A stretch of 57,074 nucleotides of DNA from a virus (IMGVR_UViG_3300006735_000038:1-57074); one strand, 5' to 3'. Shown: positions 46,623-55,828, counted from the stretch's first letter. Numbers and translations: made by a program. Notes: a model not told the origin generated them from the letters alone.

Positions 46623-47003
46623 TTATTGATTATTTGACATCTCGTCAAGAATTGTTTGAAGCCTATCAACTTCAGAATCCCAGTTTACCTTGACACCTGC
46701 AACCCCTTTACTTAACAAATAGTCAAGATGCTCATTGCCAAGCTCTTGCTCTAACCACCTTGCCCACACCAAAGGATTTTTAGACTGCTTCCAATGACAC
46801 GAAGCACAAAGAGCTAAAGCATTTAGCTCATCAGTTCTAGTGGCTGAAATACTCCGAGAAATAATATGTGCACACTGAATCTGCTTGCCTTCTCCTCTAG
46901 TTATCCCACACCAACGACAAGTAAAATTATCACGTGTTCTAACGACGAGACTATGCAACTTAGTTGCTTTAGCTTTCGCCTTCTTGCCATAGTTGGTAGG
47001 CAT
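46623..47003 (-). CDS. NinG/Rap-like HNH endonuclease
   Basis: VRTRD..TCRWCG..QCAHIISR..TR..ELN..ALCASCH; start at 47003 by TAATG coupling. Confidence 0.75.
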   Translation of the reverse strand: MPTNYGKKAKAKATKLHSLVVRTRDNFTCRWCGITRGEGKQIQCAHIISRSISATRTDELNALALCASCHWKQSKNPLVWARWLEQELGNEHLDYLLSKGVAGVKVNWDSEVDRLQTILDEMSNNQ

Positions 47004-47896
47004 TACAAAGGAATGTTTTGATTCAATGGAAAGTACCAACCTCCTTGTTGGTGCTGTATTGCTGGCGAAGGCATATCAGGTCTATGATTAACGCCAGAGT
47101 AATGCAGAATTGCCGTCTCTCTCCACAAGTCAGGATCATTAGGAATTGAACCACGATGCATCAGCCTAGCATGCCAAAGCAAAACATCGCCTTTTTTAGC
47201 TAAGAACTTCTCAATCTCTAACTCACCTCTATTTAAGATGTCTTCAAACATGGGAGTAAGAAATCTCTCTGAATATTTCGGCCATAAAGGATCACGCCTC
47301 TCAGACTCCTCTAATCGAGCCAAAGTCTTGTCTTGCGTAATAATAGGTAAAACATGTGATCCACGAACATACTCAAACGGTCCAGAATCTTCATGAATGT
47401 CATCAAGCGCTACCCAGATTGCTAAATAGTGATCATAGTTTGAATCAGGATTCAGATAACCATCTTGGTGCCAATTCCTTTGAGTTGATTTCCACCCAGT
47501 TAGATTCAAATGCACCCCCATCGGTTCACCAATCAAAGAACGCATAACGTCTTGTAGTGGACCAAATGTTGAGATGTTCATCAAACTTGGCACTTGATAG
47601 TAGGCGCATTCTCCGGGATATCCTAAAGGCCTGTCATGGTTTACTCTGTTGTGTTGAATCCAATCAGCACGATATGCTTCAATCAGTGGCTCTGGTATGA
47701 AGTTATTTAGTATAACCACTCCATCTTTTCGCCAATCTTTTTGCATCTGTGACAACGTAGATTCATCCACGTCTTCTCTATCTAGTAACGGCAACAGGCC
47801 GTCAGGAATATTACCCGCTAAAGAATTCATTTCATCTAACAAGTCAGGATGATTTTTTAGTTTTTCACCTAAAAAAGTATTTAATCGTTTATTCAT
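47003..47896 (-). CDS. PhyH-family Fe(II)/2-oxoglutarate dioxygenase
   Basis: WHQD, IWVALDDI..SGP..YVRGSH, GDVLLWHARLMHRG. Confidence 0.88.
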   Translation of the reverse strand: MNKRLNTFLGEKLKNHPDLLDEMNSLAGNIPDGLLPLLDREDVDESTLSQMQKDWRKDGVVILNNFIPEPLIEAYRADWIQHNRVNHDRPLGYPGECAYYQVPSLMNISTFGPLQDVMRSLIGEPMGVHLNLTGWKSTQRNWHQDGYLNPDSNYDHYLAIWVALDDIHEDSGPFEYVRGSHVLPIITQDKTLARLEESERRDPLWPKYSERFLTPMFEDILNRGELEIEKFLAKKGDVLLWHARLMHRGSIPNDPDLWRETAILHYSGVNHRPDMPSPAIQHQQGGWYFPLNQNIPL

Positions 47897-48359
47897 TTGT
47901 ATTCTCTTTCAACCAAAAAGGTATTTCAGGAAGCCCATTTTTCCAACTATCTCTGATGCGCTCTGCTTCTAAATAGTGGCGATCAGAATTGCACCAACTT
48001 TCTAAGTGCAGTCCAACAAGTTCAGCCTGTTTTGGATTATCAGTGACCCTCCTGTGACATTTACGGCATATAGCTAATAAATTCTTCTTATCTAATATGC
48101 TACCATTTTGAGATCTATTTATAATCTCATGGACATCAACAGTTTGATTTACTTTAACAATTCCTGATTTGCCGTCATAAACGCTAAATATTATGCATGC
48201 CTCACAGGACTGATACTCATTAAGCATGTTTGAAACTATCTTACGCCTATCCACATACTTAGATTTCATTTTGTCAGATCTTGGTTTAAGTGGTGTGCGC
48301 TTAAGCTGTTTATTTCCTCGTTTTAAAGGAGTTCTTCTTAAAGGCTTACCTCTTTTCAT
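47889..48359 (-). CDS. HNH-type endonuclease with basic N-terminus
   Basis: CEAC..DVHEIINRSQ.GS..NLLAICRKCH. Confidence 0.75.
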   Translation of the reverse strand: MKRGKPLRRTPLKRGNKQLKRTPLKPRSDKMKSKYVDRRKIVSNMLNEYQSCEACIIFSVYDGKSGIVKVNQTVDVHEIINRSQNGSILDKKNLLAICRKCHRRVTDNPKQAELVGLHLESWCNSDRHYLEAERIRDSWKNGLPEIPFWLKENTNE

Positions 48360-49450
48360 CTTGCGGCTTTTACAAGTTTTTTAATAGTTGAAAATAAAAG
48401 TTTAGCCCCTTGAGCTGTATCAAAGCTTTTAACTTTTTTAAAATTATTATCAGATACTTCTTGCCTATACTCAGGGTCAACAAACTTTTTTAGTAGTGTT
48501 ACATAGTCTTTAGGTGATTTAGCAATGACTCCAATTCCATGTTTTTCTGCTAACTCAATGTATTCTGGAGAAGCAGAGGCAACAAAAGGAACTCCTCCAC
48601 ACGCATATTCAATTCCTTTTATATATGACTTAGCATGATTAAAAGGTATGTCTGTCAAAGGAACTATGCCTGCATCAAAATTAAATCCTAAGTGTAACTG
48701 CTCAGGTGGTAAAAATGCACTCACAGAGACTTCAGAACCATTTGCACCAACTGCGCTTGAAAAGGTAGGAATGTGCGGACTTGAGATATGACCTGTATGG
48801 TGCCATGTTGCATATTCACTAATTTGTTGTGCATGCGGACGTAAAATTTCAAGATCACCACTTCTGTGAGAAGTAGATCCCATCCAACCAACTACAATTT
48901 TTTCAGTAGAATTTGTATGGACTCTTGAAGCGTATTTATTAGCTTCTACATGGTTCTTATGGATTAGCGTGTTTTCATTCCAAAGTTTCATCTTCTCATA
49001 TAAGAAATCGGTAGAAGCTATGATACCATCACTAGCCTTTATAATATCTCGATACCAATCTGTGTTTTCTCTAGGGTTCCTAGAAGGTAACGATGCCTCA
49101 TAAGCAGCATTTAACGGGCTTAGCCCCCAATACCAGTCATCAACATCTTGCAATATTATTTGACCTGAAGCTTTTGCTCGTATCAAATCAGTCAAAGCTT
49201 GCATATGCATGTACCTTTGCATGACAATAATATCACAATCAAAATGGTCTACACCATTCCAACAGTGTATCCCAAAAGTGCCAGTCATGTTATTTTGCGC
49301 TAAAATCCCACACTCCGCATCTACTCCTTGCTTTCTAAGATACTTCATGTACTGACCAATTCTAATATGCCCTGATCCGCCCATTACAGGGTGACCATAC
49401 ATATTAACCACACTTCTAGACCAATCATTTGATGCAAAACCTATTTTCAT
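48356..49450 (-). CDS. Glycosyltransferase (GT-B, GT4-like)
   Basis: DVDDWY, VGWMGS.SH..DL, DAGIVPL..PFNHAKS.IK.IEY..G.PFVAS. Confidence 0.85.
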   Translation of the reverse strand: MKIGFASNDWSRSVVNMYGHPVMGGSGHIRIGQYMKYLRKQGVDAECGILAQNNMTGTFGIHCWNGVDHFDCDIIVMQRYMHMQALTDLIRAKASGQIILQDVDDWYWGLSPLNAAYEASLPSRNPRENTDWYRDIIKASDGIIASTDFLYEKMKLWNENTLIHKNHVEANKYASRVHTNSTEKIVVGWMGSTSHRSGDLEILRPHAQQISEYATWHHTGHISSPHIPTFSSAVGANGSEVSVSAFLPPEQLHLGFNFDAGIVPLTDIPFNHAKSYIKGIEYACGGVPFVASASPEYIELAEKHGIGVIAKSPKDYVTLLKKFVDPEYRQEVSDNNFKKVKSFDTAQGAKLLFSTIKKLVKAAR

Positions 49451-49902
49451 TAGAATTTCCATTCTCCATCGAGTGCCGCATACAAGTAATCGTCACCTTC
49501 AGAATTAACTATACCTTTATCTTTGTTCCAATCACGATGAGCTATAATCGCTTGGCGTAAAAAATCGATTAGCTTCCCATCTTCATTTGTTTCAGATCCT
49601 ATGCCAATAAGCCTGTCTACTTCTGCTAACTTCTTTTCGGCGTGGAATCTAAAGCGATTTGCTTTTGTGCGTTGCTCATCTAGCCCAGTAGCAGGGTCAA
49701 TTTCGAATCCAGAGTATGTGCTTCGTAAAGCATGAATCTCATTGTCTAGCTCTTTAATTTTATGTGACACTGTTTGTACAATTACCAGCAGAGCATCTCG
49801 CCATTCCTCTTTATGAGATTTTAAAAACTCTCTATCTGTTTCAGAAGATTTATTTTTTATATCTTCTGATACAATTATTTCAAAGTCTTTCATAGATGCC
49901 AT
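49450..49902 (-). CDS. Hypothetical protein
   Basis: Likely start 49902 (GGAGG RBS, TAATG coupling). Confidence 0.6.
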   Translation of the reverse strand: MASMKDFEIIVSEDIKNKSSETDREFLKSHKEEWRDALLVIVQTVSHKIKELDNEIHALRSTYSGFEIDPATGLDEQRTKANRFRFHAEKKLAEVDRLIGIGSETNEDGKLIDFLRQAIIAHRDWNKDKGIVNSEGDDYLYAALDGEWKF

Positions 49903-50693
49903 TACTTCCTCCATGCAGGGCATATTTTCTGATAGTTGCACCAGTTACACAAAGGGCCTGTCCTAGTCTCAAACTCACCAGACTCGCAACTAACTTTTAG
50001 CTGATCCCATGTATCCGTAACTTCTTTTGTCACAGCGTCTTTCATCTCTTCAGAAATGTCATACCGTGCAAAACTTCCTGATTTTAAGTATAGCAACTCA
50101 CCCCTGTCAATATTAAGACCAGTTTCTTTTTCAAGAAGAATGCAATAAATTGAAATTTGCATTTTCTTTTCCCACTCATATTGAGGTCTTGGCTTTTTGC
50201 CTGTCTTGTAATCTGAAATTATTAACTTGTTGTCATCTGACAGCGACCATCTATCAATAATTCCAAAAATAGGAACCCCATTAATGTCCCCGTCCATCTT
50301 GGCTTCAATCCCTTCAGCTTCAAAAGAAGTAGGGTCTTCCATTATGAAATAATTTTCAACACACCACCATGCTTTCCACCTAAACTCATTTTCAGTGGAA
50401 TCTTTTTTAGGTAGATCATGGTACTCTTTAGACCATTTATCATTCCAAAGACCTTTAGCTATTTTTCTAGCATTCTGCTCAGTGCGCTCATCAGCGTCTA
50501 GCTTAAAAAGATCTTCTAATATTTCATGCACAAATGAACCTAAAATCTGTGGCTCTGTAGAAGGCTCAGGTATTTTATCTAGTTTTGCATACTTATACCT
50601 CATTGGGCATTGATTAAATGTTCCTATAGAGCTTGGCGATAAGTATTTTGGCAGAGCGTATGGAACTGGCTCCATCGGTAAGCTGTCTTGCAT
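49902..50693 (-). CDS. RecB-family PD-(D/E)xK exonuclease (Cas4-like)
   Basis: LSPSS..F.QCP, GSFVHEILE, GIIDR..ISDYKTGK, Q..IY, C-terminal CNWC..ICP. Confidence 0.88.
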   Translation of the reverse strand: MQDSLPMEPVPYALPKYLSPSSIGTFNQCPMRYKYAKLDKIPEPSTEPQILGSFVHEILEDLFKLDADERTEQNARKIAKGLWNDKWSKEYHDLPKKDSTENEFRWKAWWCVENYFIMEDPTSFEAEGIEAKMDGDINGVPIFGIIDRWSLSDDNKLIISDYKTGKKPRPQYEWEKKMQISIYCILLEKETGLNIDRGELLYLKSGSFARYDISEEMKDAVTKEVTDTWDQLKVSCESGEFETRTGPLCNWCNYQKICPAWRK

Positions 50694-50698
50694 ATCAA

Positions 50699-51328
50699 CT
50701 ACTTTAGATTATTTTTTACAAATGACAACATTTCTGAAAGCAAAGCATTGCTTATATTGCTTTGCTCAAACTCAAGATTATTAGAAATCTTATCCCAATA
50801 GTCTTTGGCCTCTGACCTCTTATCAGGCTCTAAAGAGTTTAGTAGCTCTCGCAACTTTTCAAAATGCTCATTCGAAATAGCGCTTTGAGCTTGCTCTTCA
50901 TATGCTTCTAAATTCATAGACTCTTCAGATCTAGCTAAATAAAGGCCCACTCCAAAATGCTGTGCAGCTTTCTTTAACGCATCTGAAACTGCCCCTTTCA
51001 TTTCATCGCCTAAGTCTAAGATGTCTCCATTTCGAGTTCGTTTTATTTTCTGACCACCTATACCATCTTTAGTTATGACAATAGAAGGTGCATCATCAGT
51101 TGGAACAAAGGTAGCCGTAAGACGAACATGGGCAACTACAAAATCAGGATCAAGATCATCCCTATAACAGCTAACAATCTCATAGGACCACATATCTACG
51201 CCTAAAACTTTATTCAAACGTGTAATAACTTCACTAACTGGAATGTAAGTTAAACTAGCGCCTCCCTTTTTGAGTTGCTTCTCAACTTCACTTGGGAAAG
51301 GCTCCGACAGAGCATTTAAAATATTCAT
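50699..51328 (-). CDS. Rad52/Rad22-family ssDNA annealing protein (Sak-like)
   Basis: LTYI..VITRLNKVLG..W, KGAVSDALKKAA..FGVGLYL. Confidence 0.85.
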   Translation of the reverse strand: MNILNALSEPFPSEVEKQLKKGGASLTYIPVSEVITRLNKVLGVDMWSYEIVSCYRDDLDPDFVVAHVRLTATFVPTDDAPSIVITKDGIGGQKIKRTRNGDILDLGDEMKGAVSDALKKAAQHFGVGLYLARSEESMNLEAYEEQAQSAISNEHFEKLRELLNSLEPDKRSEAKDYWDKISNNLEFEQSNISNALLSEMLSFVKNNLK

Positions 51329-51852
51329 TCTGATCTCCTAATAACTACGCTCTTTTTTGGAGCACTAACTTCACAATATTCATCTGCATCAATAGCAATC
51401 TTTTTAAGCTCAGTAACCTTCCAATATGAAACGCCCATAAAGCCTACCATCTCCTGCATCATTTCTTCAGCAGATTTAGTTACTTCTCCAGTGTCAATAT
51501 CAACGCTTCGTTGAACAATTCTTCTGCTTACATCTGCAGCAAGATCCTTGTGCGCCCATGTCTTCCTAGAAGAGCCATTCTTAATTTCAACTGTCGCTCC
51601 ATTAACTTGGACAGGTTGAGTGACTAAGCCAACATTAGAGGAAACTATATCTTGATATTCAGAATAGATATCGCTTATTTTTTTCTTCAAAGAGTGCAAA
51701 TCAGCAATTCTTTGTAAGAACTCTTCATCTTCCAAAGGAACTTCTTTTAATGTTGCGGCTCCAGACTCTTCAAATATGCAAGTTTCAAGATCTTCTAACT
51801 TGCCAGAAATCTCATTTATAAGATCTGGAACAGTATCATCTTTTTTATTCAT
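51325..51852 (-). CDS. Hypothetical protein in the recombination operon
   Basis: 175 aa, GAGG RBS, ATGA overlap with the Rad52-like gene. Confidence 0.6.
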   Translation of the reverse strand: MNKKDDTVPDLINEISGKLEDLETCIFEESGAATLKEVPLEDEEFLQRIADLHSLKKKISDIYSEYQDIVSSNVGLVTQPVQVNGATVEIKNGSSRKTWAHKDLAADVSRRIVQRSVDIDTGEVTKSAEEMMQEMVGFMGVSYWKVTELKKIAIDADEYCEVSAPKKSVVIRRSE

Positions 51853-51907
51853 TTTACCTCATAGTAAATAGTAGTTAGTAATAGAGTATCCGAAAGTGAC
51901 AGAAAAG

Positions 51908-52330
51908 TCAAGAATCTAAAATTTCAGAAATACTCTCATCAATAGACGCTGACCTAAAACTTTCTATTTTACCTTTCGGAGAAGAAATCAAACTTTTAAG
52001 TATCTTGCTAAGATTATCGCTCATAGCGTCAATAGCTTTTTCTCTAAAGTCTGGATGGTCTTCAATATCGTCTATCTGGCACATATCAGTGTCAACTGTA
52101 GACTGCATATCTTTTAAAACATCATTCATAATTATTTCGTTAAAGTGATGATGCAAATATTGATATGACAATCCAACCAAAACAGCACTCTCATCCCAAA
52201 GCAGTAATTTATAGGGCTCTGGTCCAAGAGCATCATTGTCACACACAATAAACGTAACCTTCACTCCATTTTTATTCATAACTGCTAAGACATCATTATC
52301 TAAAAAGTCTACTTCTTCATTCTTACTCAT
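51908..52330 (-). CDS. Hypothetical acidic protein
   Basis: 140-aa ORF overlapping the whiB stop. Confidence 0.6.
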   Translation of the reverse strand: MSKNEEVDFLDNDVLAVMNKNGVKVTFIVCDNDALGPEPYKLLLWDESAVLVGLSYQYLHHHFNEIIMNDVLKDMQSTVDTDMCQIDDIEDHPDFREKAIDAMSDNLSKILKSLISSPKGKIESFRSASIDESISEILDS

Positions 52331-52563
52331 ATGTCTTAACCAATCTTTCTAGCTGTGGGCCCGTCTTTCCACCCCATACTCCTATTTTAAGATTTTCTGA
52401 TACAGCAAACTGTAAACAATCATTAACACTTGGACAAAAATCGACACACACTTGGCATGCTTTCTTTCTATCTGAAGGATGACTTGAAAAAAACAATTCA
52501 TTTTGCCCTGAACATGGCGCATCCTCAAACCAACTAGGCATTTTTAAATTAAGCATGCCCATA
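52323..52563 (-). CDS. whiB: WhiB-family Fe-S transcription factor
   Basis: W..APC..ELFF..C..C..CP....CL..A..GVWGG. Start is uncertain (ATG 52563, 52557 or 52542). Confidence 0.88.
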
Positions 52564-52605
52564 TGATAAAAAAGATTTGTCAAGAAAACAAATGGAAAAT
52601 ATGGC

Positions 52606-52634
52606 TTGACACTATTCGCTTGTAATTATAAAGT
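52606..52634 (+). promoter_or_regulatory. Sigma70-type promoter driving the non-coding region
   Basis: TTGACA-N17-TAAAGT. Confidence 0.7.
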
Positions 52635-52639
52635 AACAT

Positions 52640-53045
52640 GCAACAAGACAGGAGAGAAATTTTTAAAGCCTTCCGAGAAATCTCGATGACATAAAGGCTT
52701 GCTTGGACACTGGTGGGAAACACGTTACGCAACTGGTGATATAAACGGGCACGCCTACCCAAAGAGTGAAGATTTGAATCGCACGATACACTGGATCAAA
52801 GTGCTAGGCAGCACTCCAGTCACTGCACGGAGAACATTAGGACTTGAGGAGTAGGTTCGGAACTAGCAAAAGCCCAAGCGGTTCCGGCACACGGGCTACC
52901 AGAGCCAAATCTGGGGAGTGTTGCGTCGCTGAAAAAATAGGCGGCGTTGGAGTTGAAGAGCAAGTAGATCGTATTTTCATTACAGGATCAGCCTAGTGCC
53001 GTTCGTAGGGTATCGCCTAATACCACACGAATGGGTAGGTAGTCT
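52640..53045 (+). ncRNA. Candidate large structured non-coding RNA (~400 nt)
   Basis: No credible ORF, visibly higher GC than the flanks, many local hairpins and long-range complementary segments; bounded by its own promoter and by the next gene's promoter. Confidence 0.6.
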
Positions 53046-53074
53046 TTGCCAAAAACAAGTCAGGGCTATAGAAT
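53046..53074 (+). promoter_or_regulatory. Promoter of the methyltransferase operon (leaderless)
   Basis: TTGCCA-N17-TAGAAT-N7-ATG (53082). Confidence 0.7.
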
Positions 53075-53081
53075 AAATCGT

Positions 53082-53576
53082 ATGCAAACAAAAGAAGAGC
53101 TAGAAGAGTGGTACGGAACATCCGACCCTTGGGATTACCAAACCAACTCAGACGATATCTACCGAAAAAAATTCTACCTGACAGTTCTGGAAGATGTAGG
53201 CCCCGCATTTGCTCAAGCATTGGATATCGGAGCTGGAGAAGGGTGGATCACAAAAGACCTACCCAGCGACACAAAGCATGCTTTCGAGATTAGCGACGAA
53301 GCCGCAGGCAGACTTCCAGAAGGAGTCGAGCGAGTCCAACAGATAACGCACAAGTACGACCTAGTGCTTGCAACCGGAGTCCTATACGAACAATACGATC
53401 ATGCGCTTGTAAATCGAATAATTCATGGAGCGTCATCTCAAACTCACGGGACCAAGATCATGATTGCGGGTATAAAAGGCTGGCTTAAGCCTTACGGATT
53501 CGGTAGACGAATAAGACATTTTGAGATACCCTACAGAGAGTACACACATGTGGTTGACGTATGGGAGTACGCATGA
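53082..53576 (+). CDS. SAM-dependent methyltransferase, NodS-like
   Basis: N-terminal DPWDY, motif I LDIGAGEG, YDLVLATGVLY. Confidence 0.75.
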   Translation: MQTKEELEEWYGTSDPWDYQTNSDDIYRKKFYLTVLEDVGPAFAQALDIGAGEGWITKDLPSDTKHAFEISDEAAGRLPEGVERVQQITHKYDLVLATGVLYEQYDHALVNRIIHGASSQTHGTKIMIAGIKGWLKPYGFGRRIRHFEIPYREYTHVVDVWEYA

Positions 53577-54094
53577 GGTTAGCACACAACATAGGAAATG
53601 AAGATCATTCAAACTACCACACCCGTGAGCAAATCCTTGCCTGTAATGAGCCAATTGGGTTCGATGGGGTGTACTCGAATGTGTACGAAAATCAAGATGT
53701 TCTAGAGGGCAAGTCAGGAATCATGTTTGTCATGGGTGATTATATGGGCAAAGACAACGAGTTTGACTTAGAAAACGTACCCAAACTAGAAACATTCTGC
53801 ACGCTCTTGCAAGTGAAGCAACTCTGCTTTACCTACAATTTTGAAATAGGATGGCACACTTGGTCGCATAGAAACTTGACTGAACTTTCAGATAAAGAAG
53901 TGCTACAAGAAATTACAGCACCCTTCCCTACAAAATATTTAAGGTATCCATATGGTGAGTACGATGATAGAGTTGTAAGCCTAGTTAAAGAAGCAGGCTA
54001 CGAAAAAGCATACGCAGTTACTCAGGGAGAACAAGATGAATTTGCCCCTGACGCCAGATACAAAATATACAGTGATTATGTCCCTTTCATCTAG
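53573..54094 (+). CDS. Polysaccharide deacetylase (NodB/CE4-like)
   Basis: IGFDG, EIGWHTWSHRNL, RYPYGEY..V..AGY..A; ATGA overlap. Confidence 0.8.
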   Translation: MRLAHNIGNEDHSNYHTREQILACNEPIGFDGVYSNVYENQDVLEGKSGIMFVMGDYMGKDNEFDLENVPKLETFCTLLQVKQLCFTYNFEIGWHTWSHRNLTELSDKEVLQEITAPFPTKYLRYPYGEYDDRVVSLVKEAGYEKAYAVTQGEQDEFAPDARYKIYSDYVPFI

Positions 54095-54809
54095 TAAAGA
54101 AGTATTCTTAGAAAAAGGGGTGGTAGTCATTCCTGCGGTTTTCACAGAAAAAGAATGTGATTTGATGAAAGCTGCCGCCTACTCAGTTACAGACGAAGAT
54201 ATAACTAGCGCAGGATATCCGCATGTTCCAAGCGAAAAAGCCTACAATAAGAAATCCTTAATCTTCTACCCTGCATTAGCTAACGATTATTTGAACGTGA
54301 TTAGAACTGACCCAAGAATGCTACATATTGTTAGCACATTTTTAGGACCTAATGTAAGACAAATAAACAATCAAGTGTATTTTAGAGAAGCAGAAGATAT
54401 TGATACATTTGCTTGGCACCGAGATACAATTTTCAGAGAAAGCTCTCAATTCAAAGATACTGTCGAGACAGATTACCTACAAACAATAATAGCGATAGAC
54501 AATATTACGGATGAAAACGGAGCCGTGGAATTTATTGAGGGATCGCACAAATGGGATACTTTTGATGCGCCTGATAACCTTAGAAAGTTTGAGCGAAATG
54601 AACTATTTGGGAAAAAGCACATAGCGCTAAAAGGCGATGTTATGATTTGGTCAGTTATGATTGTACACGGAAGTGAAGCAAATACTTCTGATCAATCTCG
54701 CATGACATACATGAATGGCTTTTGTAAATCGGATAGCGTACTAGACTACCCTGACTACTTAGTAGACGGACGGTTAGTTCCAAATATTGATCCAAACAGG
54801 ATACCGTAA
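54078..54809 (+). CDS. PhyH-family Fe(II)/2-oxoglutarate dioxygenase
   Basis: WHRD, IAIDNIT.ENGAVEFIEGSH, GDVMIW..VHGS..N.S..SR. Confidence 0.88.
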   Translation: MSLSSSKEVFLEKGVVVIPAVFTEKECDLMKAAAYSVTDEDITSAGYPHVPSEKAYNKKSLIFYPALANDYLNVIRTDPRMLHIVSTFLGPNVRQINNQVYFREAEDIDTFAWHRDTIFRESSQFKDTVETDYLQTIIAIDNITDENGAVEFIEGSHKWDTFDAPDNLRKFERNELFGKKHIALKGDVMIWSVMIVHGSEANTSDQSRMTYMNGFCKSDSVLDYPDYLVDGRLVPNIDPNRIP

Positions 54810-55432
54810 TGCTAACAGTTGTAGTCGCATCATACTATTACGGGCACCTTGCTTCACACTGTATTGAAAGCTTACTATCACAAACTGTACACCCAGAAAA
54901 AATACTTTTTGTTGACGACGGTGTTGGAGATTGTGCTCACCTTCCAAAAATTTATCCAGAAGTTGAATACACCCTTAGAAAGAAAAACTTAGGCACAGTG
55001 GATAACTTTCAAGATATGCTTATGAAAGTTGAAACCGAATACACGATGTTCCTTGGGGCAGACAACTGGCTAAGATCAGACGCAGTTGAAACCTTGCTAA
55101 AACAAGACACTGACATAGTGACGTATCATGTAATGGTTACAGGAGAACATAAAATGGGGCATAGAGACGCTAAGGAAGAAAATATAGTTGACGGCGATGT
55201 TTACTGGCAATGGGATGGGCACCATGGATCAATGATGTACAGAACTGCCCTTGGACAAAAAGCAGGATACAAGCGACACGAAGATTTTCAAGAAGGTGAC
55301 GCAGCATGCGAAGACTGGGCACTATGGGACAAAATGTTAGAACTAGGAGCAACGGTTTCACACATAGAAGAGCCGTTACTATATTACAGGCGTCATAGAG
55401 AAAACTTTATAGACTGTAAAGTCACTGATTAG
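54809..55432 (+). CDS. Glycosyltransferase family 2
   Basis: TVVVASYYYGHL..CIESLLSQT..ILFVDDG, FLGADN, CEDWALW, PLLYYRRH. Confidence 0.9.
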   Translation: MLTVVVASYYYGHLASHCIESLLSQTVHPEKILFVDDGVGDCAHLPKIYPEVEYTLRKKNLGTVDNFQDMLMKVETEYTMFLGADNWLRSDAVETLLKQDTDIVTYHVMVTGEHKMGHRDAKEENIVDGDVYWQWDGHHGSMMYRTALGQKAGYKRHEDFQEGDAACEDWALWDKMLELGATVSHIEEPLLYYRRHRENFIDCKVTD

Positions 55433-55772
55433 AAATTCTTTTTACCTGCTGAGCATCTAAAAACACAGTTGCCGTACCCCATGCGAAGTCAACCTGCTCT
55501 ATCTGCACATCAAAATGAGATGCAATCGCTGCTCGTATTTTTAACTCCGACAATGGGTCAAGCTCCTCGCCTAGGTCAACAGGTATGGTAGCGATTTCAG
55601 TCGAAACAGGATTTAAACACGCCTTACAGGATAGCTTTGTTTCATTAATTTTAGGCTTGCGTTGAGAGTCCAAAGAATGCCCACACTCTAACTGTAAGTG
55701 CCACTTTGTATTTCCATATGTGCCAATTTTAACTGCTTCAGTGACAAGTTTTCTCGGCCCTTTTTTGTCCAT
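55422..55772 (-). CDS. Hypothetical protein with CGH..CKAC Zn-ribbon-like motif
   Basis: Likely start ATG 55772 with TACAAT 6 nt upstream. Confidence 0.6.
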   Translation of the reverse strand: MDKKGPRKLVTEAVKIGTYGNTKWHLQLECGHSLDSQRKPKINETKLSCKACLNPVSTEIATIPVDLGEELDPLSELKIRAAIASHFDVQIEQVDFAWGTATVFLDAQQVKRISNQ

Positions 55773-55793
55773 AAAGTTATTGTATTTAAGCCC

Positions 55794-55822
55794 TTGACCC
55801 ATTGCAAGGGAAACCATACAAT
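55794..55822 (+). promoter_or_regulatory. recA promoter (leaderless)
   Basis: TTGACC-N17-TACAAT-N6-ATG (55829); no SD. Confidence 0.75.
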
Positions 55823-55828
55823 AAACCT

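Noticed and set aside
49902-50693. CRISPR-Cas system suggested by the Cas4-like nuclease
   Set aside because: No repeat-spacer array or other cas genes are visible; the neighbouring Rad52-like gene indicates a recombination exonuclease.
52710-52915. Cobalamin riboswitch (GGGAA..CGCAACTG..GAGCCA), tempting given the B12-dependent RNR
   Set aside because: Only fragments match, spacing and the B12-box ending are not convincing, and the downstream gene has its own promoter. An Rfam scan should settle it.
52640-53045. tRNA cluster, tmRNA, RNase P RNA or group I/II intron
   Set aside because: I found no cloverleaf with T-loop and CCA, no GAGGAAAGUCC, no P/Q/R/S elements or domain V, and no interrupted flanking gene.
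52580-53220. ORFs 52580..52762 (-), 53017..53220 (-) and an 18-codon ORF at 52638 (+)
   Set aside because: Short, with no RBS or motifs, and overlapping promoters or real genes. The 18-codon ORF cannot be fully excluded as a leader peptide.
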